Part shown: piece by piece, positions 46,316 to 55,700 of the stretch
How positions within the stretch are numbered: the first letter of the stretch is position 1
Layout of the letters: the number at the start of each line of letters is the position of its first letter
Translations under genes and position numbers: made by a program
IMG/VR virus record: IMGVR_UViG_3300032236_001232
Coordinates: 1-64,000 of that record
DNA from: a virus
Length of the DNA stretch: 64,000 bases
Direction: 5' to 3' (one strand)
Notes under the pieces: model-generated
What the model was told of the DNA's origin: nothing
The model's database searches: none
Seen by the model: only the letters and a program-made list of their open reading frames with translations

Positions 46316-46344
46316 ATTATATTACAGTCTAATTAAAAAATCAA
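46316..46344 (-). promoter_or_regulatory. sigma70 promoter for dNMP kinase
   Basis: TTGATT (46344-46339), 17 bp, TATAAT (46321-46316). Confidence 0.7.
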
Positions 46345-46351
46345 TCTCAGT

Positions 46352-47110
46352 TTAGCCAATTACAAATGTAAGAGGTGTTCCACCATCTTTGTAGTTGATT
46401 AGGTCTTGTTCCAATACTTCGAGTTCAGCCTTGCCTTCGCCTTTGAGAGCAGCACCATTTAACTGTGTGGCACCTTGCGGACTAGCAATACTGCCAAATT
46501 TTTCACGTGCTTCGCCTAACATGAGTTTACAAGTGGCCAAACTGTAGTCATATAACCACTGCCTTGCTTGTGGATCTTGTAGTAAATTAAAGTCTGGTCG
46601 ATAGTTATACATCCAAACTAACAATTCTTCCTCATTACGAGGACGCTGCATTAGTGTTAGCAATTTAGTAGTTTGGTTAAATGTAAAATTAATATCACTA
46701 CCAAACATTTTACCTACTTGTTTTTGATAGCTAGCGAATGCGTAATAGGTAGCCAACCCGCCCATATGAGTAGATGTTAACAAATATGTATTACTATAGG
46801 CCAGGTTGAATGGTTCAAACAAACTACCGCCATCGCCACCGCCTGTGCGACTACCAATACTGCGACGAAATAACTGTCGAATACCCATTACTTCTTTGGG
46901 CATGACATAATCGTTAGTGTCGGTTATGGTAGTAATAAATCCAAAACTTTCTTCAACACTGTTGCTGCTGCGCTGACGAAATTTTGTCAGTGCGCGATCT
47001 ATGGCAATATTGTAATCTTTGGGTTCTAATTCAACATCAACCATGCTGCCGCCCAGCATACTTTGAATATATTCTATGACTTGTTGTCTTTCGTTTAAGG
47101 AGTCGCTCAT
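46352..47110 (-). CDS. gp13: neck protein / head-tail adaptor (gp13-like)
   Basis: YI..MLG..MVDVEL...W..DY.LA.CK..LGEAR.KF....PQG...LNG; TATAAATA 5 nt before ATG. Confidence 0.85.
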   Translation of the reverse strand: MSDSLNERQQVIEYIQSMLGGSMVDVELEPKDYNIAIDRALTKFRQRSSNSVEESFGFITTITDTNDYVMPKEVMGIRQLFRRSIGSRTGGGDGGSLFEPFNLAYSNTYLLTSTHMGGLATYYAFASYQKQVGKMFGSDINFTFNQTTKLLTLMQRPRNEEELLVWMYNYRPDFNLLQDPQARQWLYDYSLATCKLMLGEAREKFGSIASPQGATQLNGAALKGEGKAELEVLEQDLINYKDGGTPLTFVIG

Positions 47111-47115
47111 ATGAA

Positions 47116-47133
47116 TATTTATACTAATAAATA
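47116..47133. promoter_or_regulatory. back-to-back late promoters
   Basis: minus TATAAATA 47123-47116; plus TAAATA 47128-47133. Confidence 0.75.
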
Positions 47134-47140
47134 CAACACT

Positions 47141-47872
47141 ATGCCAGAAACCTTTGCTTTCCTCCAAAACAAATATACCAGGTGGTATTTTAATATTATT
47201 TCCAATGCTCAAAATAGAGATATTGTTGGCTATATTGAAAAACATCATATTATTCCTAAAAGTTTAGGTGGAAGTAATCACAAAGACAATTTAGTTAAAT
47301 TAACCGCACGAGAGCATTTTATATGTCACTGGTTACTTACTAAGATGGTAATTGAAACAAAACATCGATATCAAATGTGGAATGCATTTAGTTGTATGTT
47401 ATATCGAACCAGATCCGATCAAACTCGATATAAAGTAACTGGACAAATATTTGAGAATATCAAAAAAGAGGGTGCTAAAATCAAAAGTATTAAATTCAGT
47501 GGAGAAAATAACCCAATGTATGGAAAAACTCATTCTAATGAAGCAAGGGTTAAAATGGGTATTTCTCATCTGGGTCAAAAACGATCTAAAGAAACCTGTA
47601 AAAATATAAGTCTATCTAGGTTAGGAAAATCTAAAACAGAATCCCACAAAAATTCTTTAAAAAAATCTTGGTCTGAAAATAGAGAATCTCGATCTGGAAA
47701 AAATCATCCAGGATATGGTAAACCGTTAGACGACAGCATTAAAGAAAAAATAAGGCAATCAGTTTTAAATAAACCATTACATACCTGCGAACATTGTGGG
47801 AAAACTACAACTAAGGGTAATTATCGAAGATGGCACAGTGATAATTGTAAAGTTATTTTAGGAGTAATCTAA
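47141..47872 (+). mobile_element. HNH homing endonuclease (NUMOD3, C-terminal Zn ribbon)
   Basis: EKHHIIPKSLGGSN.KDNLVKLTAREHFICHWLL; NPMYGKTHS; CEHC...RWH.DNCK. Confidence 0.88.
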
Positions 47873-49077
47873 TGCCTCGCCTGTCAATGTTCCGCCCAGA
47901 GAAAGGAAAAGATTTTCGTTTCTTAGATCGCATTATCAATGAAGAATTTCAAGTAGGTGGAACAGATGTCTACCTACACAAATATATCGGACCTGTTGAT
48001 CCATTAGAAGGAGCCAGCACTCCAGGAACTCCCGTGAATACCAATCCTATTCCAGAATTAGGAATCCAGGATGTGATTTTTATGGAGAATAGAGATAGAC
48101 ATTATGATCCCGATGTCTATGTTATGCGCTGTATCTACACTATGCAGGACTTGGATTTTAATTTAAGCCAGTTTGGATTGTTTCTACAGAATGATACCAT
48201 TATGATTCATTTTCATTTGCGTAATACAGTAGATACAATTCAACGAAAAGTCATGCCAGGCGATGTAATAGAACTACCGCACCTCAAAGATGAATATGCA
48301 CTGGACAATAACTTAGTGGCACTAAAACGATTTTATGTTATACAGGATGTTAGTCGTCCTGCTGTGGGATTTAGTCAAACATGGTATCCACATTTGCTTC
48401 GTGCTAAATGTGTGCCTATGGTGGACAGTCAAGAGTTTAAAGAAATTCTTGATAGCGATGCTGGAGCAGGAAATGGCAGCACTTTACGAGATCTTCTCAG
48501 CACATATCAACGCAGCATAGAAACTAATGATCAAATCATAGCAGAGGCAGAAAAGGATGCGCCTAGCAGTGGATATAATACACAGAATTTGTATGTCATT
48601 CCTACTAGAGAATCAGGATTAGTCAATGTGGCCGATGCCAGTATAGACTATGCAGATGCTAGCGCAGAGTTATCAGTATTAGATGCCAGTGTGGTATTAC
48701 AAACTCCAAATAAAAATTATTATTTGAATTATCTCAGTGATGATGGTATTCCTCCAAATGGAGCAGCATATGGATTCGGCATATCATTTCCCTCCAACCC
48801 TATTACAGGACAATTTTTCCTTAGATCGGACTATTTGCCAAATAGACTATATAGGTATGATGGCAGACATTGGATTAAATTTGAAGATAATGTGCGAATG
48901 ACTCTAAATAATCTAGGCAACGAAGATACTGCTAGTGGAACATTTGCTGGTAAACAAGTTAGACAAACACAAAAAACTGGATTTATTAATAATGCCAACA
49001 CTGCTACCATTAACGGTGAGGTTGTAGTAGAACGCCAGGCACTCAGTAAGGCATTAAAACCCAAGGCGGACAATTAA
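47872..49077 (+). CDS. gp14: neck/head-closure protein (gp14-like)
   Basis: F.LSQFGLF...D.I...FH...PGDVIELP; between gp13 and gp15. Confidence 0.75.
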   Translation: MPRLSMFRPEKGKDFRFLDRIINEEFQVGGTDVYLHKYIGPVDPLEGASTPGTPVNTNPIPELGIQDVIFMENRDRHYDPDVYVMRCIYTMQDLDFNLSQFGLFLQNDTIMIHFHLRNTVDTIQRKVMPGDVIELPHLKDEYALDNNLVALKRFYVIQDVSRPAVGFSQTWYPHLLRAKCVPMVDSQEFKEILDSDAGAGNGSTLRDLLSTYQRSIETNDQIIAEAEKDAPSSGYNTQNLYVIPTRESGLVNVADASIDYADASAELSVLDASVVLQTPNKNYYLNYLSDDGIPPNGAAYGFGISFPSNPITGQFFLRSDYLPNRLYRYDGRHWIKFEDNVRMTLNNLGNEDTASGTFAGKQVRQTQKTGFINNANTATINGEVVVERQALSKALKPKADN

Positions 49078-49078
49078 T

Positions 49079-49588
49079 ATGTATATCTATAAATTTACTC
49101 ACATAGAAACAGGAAGATCTTATGTAGGACAAACTATTCAAGATCCTAATCGGCGTAGGCTTGAACATATTTGTGATAGTAGACATACTCCACGAACATA
49201 TCACTTTCACAATGCATTGAAAAAATATGGAATAGGTGCATTCAGTTTTGAAGTTATTGCAAAAGCATCATCGTTGGATGAGTTAAATGTCTTGGAAGAA
49301 AAATTCATTGTAGAGTTTGATAGTATTGCTAATGGATTTAATATTAGAAATGGTGGAGGAAATAAGACACATCATCCTGACAGTATTAAGCGAATGAGCG
49401 AGGCACAAAAAGCTGTTAGGGCTGAAAGAAAAATTAATGGCACCGATAGTGGTTGGAAAAGAAAAGATGGCGGACCGATGAAGGGTAAAGCTCATCCAAA
49501 TAAAGGCGGAACAAGTTCGTTAAAAGGAAAAACTTTAAAAATGATTGACGGTAAGAAAAGATGGGTAGAACGGGAGGCGTCGGTTTAA
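49079..49588 (+). mobile_element. GIY-YIG (Seg-like) homing endonuclease
   Basis: YIYKFT...GRSYVGQT...R..EH...KYG...F.FE...E...I...NGFN. Confidence 0.85.
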
Positions 49589-49606
49589 TACCGATGAATT
49601 AAGATG
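49572..49606 (+). promoter_or_regulatory. hairpin-bridged ribosome-binding site for gp15
   Basis: GGGAGG, stem CGTCGGT/ACCGATG with loop TTAAT, 7 nt, ATG. Confidence 0.55.
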
Positions 49607-50998
49607 GACCACTACTATGATGGACAGGTAAGACGATATCTATCTCAGTTCATGCGTATCATGAGCAACTTCAGTGTGAAGGATGCTAAAGGTCAACTAA
49701 CTCGTGTTCCTGTAAGATACGGAGATATGAGCCGTCAGGTATCTCAAATACTAAAGAAAAACAGTGAGAATACCGTTCCTAGTGCGCCTTTTATTGCTTG
49801 TTATATTAAAGATTTACAATATGATCGTGCTAGAATGCAGGAACCGACATTTGTCAGCACAGTTAATATCAGAGAACGTGCCCTAGATGCCGCTGGTAAT
49901 CAATACCTAAACACCCAAGGGAGCAATTATACTGTAGAGCGTATGATGCCAGTTCCTTATCTGGCTGACTTTGCTGCAGATATTTGGACAACCAATACTG
50001 ATCAAAAACTACAATTATGGGAACAGATCTCTGTGCTGTTTAATCCCAGTTTAGAATTACAGACCACCGATAACTATATTGATTGGACCAGTATTAGTGT
50101 TCTTACTCTTAAAAGTCAAACATGGACCAGTCGAGCTGTGCCACAAGGGTTAGAACAAGATATTGAAATATTAAACATGGTATTTGATACACATGTTTGG
50201 ATCACACCGCCTGTTAAAGTTAAGAAGTTAGGGATTATCACTAAAATTATTACCACAGCGTTTAGCACAGAACAAGGGGTTATTAGCAGTGATTATAGCA
50301 ATGCCGATGCTGTATTAGGATCGTTAGGTGATACACTGCTTAATGTTGTTGTAACACCAGGAGATTTTGATTTACTAGTGATGAATAATGTAGCCACACT
50401 GATATCACAAAATGGTCAAAATGATTTCTTAGACATCACTGCTCCAGCTTATCAAAATTCTTGGCGTAGTGTATTGGATCTATATCCTGGGTCCTTTAAG
50501 GCCGGTATCAGTCAAATAAGATTAAAGAAAGATGATGGCACAGAAATTGTTGCTTATATCAGTTTAGATCCTACCGATGAAAGGCGTATGGTATTAAATA
50601 TCGACAGCGATACTATTCCTACTAATACTATTATCAGCGGAAGAGGCACAGTAGATGCTATTATTAATCCAGAAACATTCAATCCTAGCGGAAGAGTAAC
50701 CGGAACACGGTATTTGATTCTCGAAGATCTCAATATCAATAATCAATATTCAGATGTAGGCTATGATGGCCCAGATGCTTGGAAGAATTCAGACAACTCT
50801 GATCCACAGGCGCATGGCAATGATATTATAGAGTGGGATGGTAGTCAATGGAACATCGTGTTCGATTCTACTACAGTCACCGATGTAGTTTATATAACTA
50901 ATTCTTATACAGGGGTTCAATATAAATGGAGTCAAGGGTCGTGGAGCAAGAGTTTCGAGGGAGTATACGACAAGGCTCTATGGCGTCTAGTGCTATAA
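49604..50998 (+). CDS. gp15: tail terminator / sheath stabiliser (gp15-like) with C-terminal extension
   Basis: YYD.Q.RRY..QF...SN...VPV.YG...PVPY...QL.EQI...FNP...W.TPP. Confidence 0.8.
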   Translation: MDHYYDGQVRRYLSQFMRIMSNFSVKDAKGQLTRVPVRYGDMSRQVSQILKKNSENTVPSAPFIACYIKDLQYDRARMQEPTFVSTVNIRERALDAAGNQYLNTQGSNYTVERMMPVPYLADFAADIWTTNTDQKLQLWEQISVLFNPSLELQTTDNYIDWTSISVLTLKSQTWTSRAVPQGLEQDIEILNMVFDTHVWITPPVKVKKLGIITKIITTAFSTEQGVISSDYSNADAVLGSLGDTLLNVVVTPGDFDLLVMNNVATLISQNGQNDFLDITAPAYQNSWRSVLDLYPGSFKAGISQIRLKKDDGTEIVAYISLDPTDERRMVLNIDSDTIPTNTIISGRGTVDAIINPETFNPSGRVTGTRYLILEDLNINNQYSDVGYDGPDAWKNSDNSDPQAHGNDIIEWDGSQWNIVFDSTTVTDVVYITNSYTGVQYKWSQGSWSKSFEGVYDKALWRLVL

Positions 50999-51420
50999 AT
51001 CGTATTGTCTGCAGTGGAGGATTATTCCTCTCTAAAGACACTCGAAGGTTTTTATTGTTGTTACGTAGCTCGGGTAAAACAGCCGGAACATGGGGATTTG
51101 TTGGTGGTAAAAAAGAACCTGCTGATAGCACACCAATTGATACTCTAATAAGAGAGTCCCAAGAGGAAGTAGGTCGCACTCCTACAATAAAAAAGATTGT
51201 TCCTTTAGAATTGTTTACCAGTAATGATCAACACTTTCAATACAGCACCTATGTATTACTAGTCGATCGTGAATTTATTCCTATACTAAACAACGAACAC
51301 GAAGGGTATGCTTGGTGTAATTATAACTCATGGCCCAAGCCATTACACCAAGGTGTTAAGAATAGTTTTAATAATAAAACAATACGAGCTAAGTTAGAAG
51401 TGTTGCTAGACTTAATCTAA
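50980..51420 (+). CDS. NUDIX hydrolase
   Basis: WGFVGGKKE......LIRESQEEVG Nudix box; LN.EH..YAW. Confidence 0.85.
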   Translation: MASSAINRIVCSGGLFLSKDTRRFLLLLRSSGKTAGTWGFVGGKKEPADSTPIDTLIRESQEEVGRTPTIKKIVPLELFTSNDQHFQYSTYVLLVDREFIPILNNEHEGYAWCNYNSWPKPLHQGVKNSFNNKTIRAKLEVLLDLI

Positions 51421-52065
51421 TAGGTCTGGTCCAAATGCCCAGGTTCCGAGGTGTCTCAATTCCATACTAAGGTTAGTATCAATTTTAACTGTGTATCCTG
51501 CCTGAGCCATTTTTTGACAAAGTATCATATCTTCGCCTAAGTGATCATTACTTTCCGGGCTCCACCCAAATTCAAACCATGGTTTAGGAATAATATCAAA
51601 TATGTCTGCTCGCATCAGCATACAGCCCATACCCACTCCTTCAACCGGAACCAATTCATCTCTGGCTTCAAAAGGCAAAGGATCTTGCCAATTGCCGATA
51701 GTCTCATAGGCAACACCCTTAGCAGGTAGTTGTCGTCTGATATAATTTGCGGCTACAATAGGTTCTTTATGAGCTAATAATCTCAGTGCTGTGCTAGCAG
51801 GAGCAACGATATCACTGTCTAACCACAATAGATATTCTGCCCCGGTTTCTCTACCAAATGTAGCAAGACGTTCTCTTTGTGTAAGAAGAATGGTGCTGGC
51901 ATCCATGATAACCTGTGTATCTAGACCATTCATAGTGTTTAGTTTAACGATTTCTGCGAGGCATAGTGCATGAGCACTATGTAGTAAATCTCTAGTAGGA
52001 ACTAGTATTGCCAGTTTGTTTTTTTTAATTGACCATTGACTTGTAGCAAATACGCTCTTTTTCAT
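51412..52065 (-). CDS. GT-A fold (family 2-like) glycosyltransferase
   Basis: LLWLDSDI, G.GCML, GEDM..C, HLG. Confidence 0.8.
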   Translation of the reverse strand: MKKSVFATSQWSIKKNKLAILVPTRDLLHSAHALCLAEIVKLNTMNGLDTQVIMDASTILLTQRERLATFGRETGAEYLLWLDSDIVAPASTALRLLAHKEPIVAANYIRRQLPAKGVAYETIGNWQDPLPFEARDELVPVEGVGMGCMLMRADIFDIIPKPWFEFGWSPESNDHLGEDMILCQKMAQAGYTVKIDTNLSMELRHLGTWAFGPDLLD

Positions 52066-52532
52066 GCACCCGCCACATCTCTGCTCAAGGTCTCTCCTTG
52101 TATAACCAATTCTCTAATAGCATTAATTAAGTCTTGGGTGCGTTTAGCAGTGAGAATAAAATCGCTAGGGCTAAGTTTACAGGTCATGCTCATTGTTTCT
52201 GCACTGACCTTATCTTTACATAGCACTTCGATAGCACCGCGTCGAGCTAGATTTTCAATAAAATTTTGTCTAACAATTTCGTCGTCGTTACTAATTAATT
52301 CTAAACATTCGTCTTGATCTAATTCTTCTGCTAGTTCTTCAAGAATGGCCAATTCTGCTACCTCTTCTTCTAAGGGGTTATCCTCATTTTGAAGAATTTG
52401 AATTCTATTTAAAAAATCTATTAGTGTTGCTGGATTGGTAGTTCGATCGTTATAAACAATGTTATCTAGTTCCCACCGACTAGGGCCGACTGGAACTTGT
52501 GATAGAATGTAATCTACGTTTAATTTTGTCAT
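52062..52532 (-). CDS. hypothetical protein
   Basis: ORF, ATGA overlap. Confidence 0.75.
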   Translation of the reverse strand: MTKLNVDYILSQVPVGPSRWELDNIVYNDRTTNPATLIDFLNRIQILQNEDNPLEEEVAELAILEELAEELDQDECLELISNDDEIVRQNFIENLARRGAIEVLCKDKVSAETMSMTCKLSPSDFILTAKRTQDLINAIRELVIQGETLSRDVAGA

Positions 52533-52543
52533 TTTTTGCCATT

Positions 52544-52747
52544 TTAGTTAGGATAAGCATTAGGAGTTGTCTTACCGCCAAACGTGCTAGAAAAACTAAT
52601 TTGAGCATTAGCTGCCTTACCGCCATAATTGACACCTAGTGTGGCACTTAATTTAATGTTACTGCCGGCTGAATGAGCAACACCCGAGAATGCTGTATAA
52701 ACCTGTCCCATTACTATTGTTGCCCCTGTTGCCGGTAAAGTTGCCAT
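52544..52747 (-). CDS. small hypothetical virion protein
   Basis: SD AAGGA; directly after fibre gene. Confidence 0.7.
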   Translation of the reverse strand: MATLPATGATIVMGQVYTAFSGVAHSAGSNIKLSATLGVNYGGKAANAQISFSSTFGGKTTPNAYPN

Positions 52748-52750
52748 TTT

Positions 52751-55700
52751 TTATTCCTTAGAAGTCAACGTATTTATTGCTTCTTTCAACTGAATAATTT
52801 GCTGTTGTTGTTCTTTAATAGCCTCTACAAGCAGTGGTATTAGTTTTTCGTATTGAATAGTTTGGTAATTTTCCCCTGATTTACTTCCACCTGCTCCATC
52901 ATCATCAAACGGTGCTGGACGAACCGCTTCTGGTAAGACTGCATCAACTTCATCTGCAAACAATCCTACCAGCTTCTTGGTTCTATCATAACCAAAAGAC
53001 TCAGCTGTAGCATTTGGTGTATATGTAATACCTGTTAATGATAACACCTTCACAACAGCATTGTCAATAGTTTGGACATTTTCCTTAAGGCGTCTATCTG
53101 AATAATATGCTGTGATTTCGCTACTAGCACGTATTTCGCCCGCAACTCCCGGAACGGCAGTTCCCGCGGATATTGCCCCACCAATTATAATATTCCCGCC
53201 AATACCCGCACCGCCTGCTACTTGCAGAGCACCTGTAATTGTTGATGTCGCCGCAGTAGTATTTGTTATTGTAAATTGTGTAGCTAACGGACTACCCGGG
53301 CCTTGTGGCCCTTGCGGACCGGTATTACCAGTTGGTCCTTGTGGCCCTTGAGCACCAGTAACACCTTGTGGACCTTGCGCTCCAGTAACACCTTGTGGTC
53401 CTTGTGGTCCTTGCGCTCCAGTATTACCAGTTGGCCCTTGTGGTCCTTGTGGTCCAACCGAACTGCTCCACGTAAATCCAGTTCCAGTCCATGCTAGATA
53501 TGTAGTAGCAGTAGTAGGTGCTGCTATAAATCCTGTGGCACCGACACCGGTTTGATAATGTAGTTGATTTGCTGCACCGCCTGCTATGTTAGTAGCAGTA
53601 GTAGAAGTTCCTGTTAGATTTCCAATAAAGGTAGTTGCAGTTACTACACCGCCGACAAATAACCCGCCACCGATTCCAACACCACCTATTACCTGTAATG
53701 CCCCGGTATTGGTGCTAGTAACGCCAGTAGTAGCAGTAACTACCACTTTGGTAATGGTAGCGGTATTGCCAGTTAGATTACCTACGTTACTGATATCGCC
53801 GCCGGTCATATCAATGTCGCTACCACCAGCACCGGCAATATATAATGTGCCGCCTACATATAAATCTTTACCAACTGCTAATCCACCTGCTACCTGTAGC
53901 GCACCAGTTAGTGTAGATGTGGCATTAGTTACACCCGGTACAATGATATTTGTAGCTGTAAGTGTAGTGCCGTTATAAGTTAATCCGCTACTAAATGCAG
54001 TAGTTCCAGTTGATGTTTGATAAGGAATTTGATCTTTAATACCACCGGCAATATTTGTAGCATTGGTTGCAGTTGTTGCAGTTCCAGTTACAGAACCGGT
54101 AAAGTTACCAACAAATGTAGTAGCAGTTACTACACCGCCGACATACAGACCACCACCGATGCCAACTCCACCGACTACAGTTAGTGCGCCAGTTTGAGTA
54201 GTGGCAGACCCTGTTGAATTGGTAAGAATAATATTACCGGTTCTAAATGTACCATATGTAGCACTAGTGAATACACTGCTGGTGCTTTCTGCGCCTGCAC
54301 TATACCAATTTAAATATTTGTTGGTATTATCTATTACTAGTGCGGCATTTGTATCCGTTGAATTCGCAAAATAATGGAACCTAAAACCAACGTCTTTTCC
54401 GTCATCTACATTCCATTTTCCATATACCCCACTAGGAGGTACGTGAACTTCTATTAGGTTATCAGTGTAATATGTGTTACTACTTAATACATTGGTAGCA
54501 GTACCATTGAAAGTTACCTGGCCACTGAATGTAGTATCGCCGGTAACTAAAAGTGTACCGCCAATGCCGACGTTATTAACTAGATAACTATCACCGGTTA
54601 CACCTAATCCACCGCCGGTTATTACTAAACTTTGTCCACCGGTAGCACTGGCACTGCCTGTTCCACTGGTTGCTTGAACTTGTGTTACATAAGTAGGGGC
54701 ACTAGCACCTGCTGTTAATAATGATTTTTGTGTTCCGCTTAATGCTAGGAAAGCTGTGGTATTAGCGGCACTTTGATAAGGTAAACTACCGGCAGAACCA
54801 GCTAGTAAATTAGCAGCATAACCAACCTGTAATGTACTGGTGTTGGTAATATTAGATCCTGCTATGCTACCTACAAAAGTTGTAGCAGTGACTATTCCGC
54901 CGACATATAATCCACCTGCTACCCCAACACCGCCGGCAATTTGCAATACACCAGTATTTGTGCTGTATGCTCCGGTAGTAGCAGTGATAATAAACTTAGT
55001 AATAGTAGCTGTATTTGCAGTTAGATTACCAATATTACTAATATCGCCGCCGGTCATATCAATGTCGCTACCACCAGCACCAGCAATATAAAGTGTTCCA
55101 CCTACGTATAAATCTTTACCAACTGCCAATCCTCCTGCTACTTGAATTGCACCAGTAGTGGTTGATACTGCATTAGTTGTGCCATTAACAATTAAATTAG
55201 TAGCAGTAATAGTTGCACCAACAAATAATCCGCCGCCAACTCCGACTCCGCCAACTACCTGTAAAGCACCCGTGTTGGTCGAGCTTGTAGGAGTTGTATT
55301 GGTAATTGTCGTGGCATTAACTACTGCTCCGCCAGTAAATGAACTTCCACTACTGGTACTCACTGCATAACCATTAACATAGACATTGGTTGCTGTAATT
55401 ACACCGCCGACATATAATGCACCACCGACACCAATACCACCGTTAACAACCAGTGCACCTGTAGTAGTCGATACTGATGTAGCGGTATCATATACTATAA
55501 CTTGTGTAGCTGTGGAGAATAAAACATCACCTGTTCCGTCAGGATCAATTAATAGATTAGCATTTGACCCTACTGGATATGTTGTAATATTAAGAGTAGT
55601 TATATTACCGACGTGATTTGTAGCGGTAACAGTGCCACCGACAAACAAGTTACCACCGACACCAACTCCACCGGCTACTTGTAATGCTCCGGTAACTGTC

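Noticed and set aside
35975-47248. ORF-track upstream starts (36094, 36728, 47248, 47111; also 11655, 4264, 724)
   Set aside because: The extensions overlap neighbouring genes or promoters; better starts lie next to an SD or TAAATA/-10 box.
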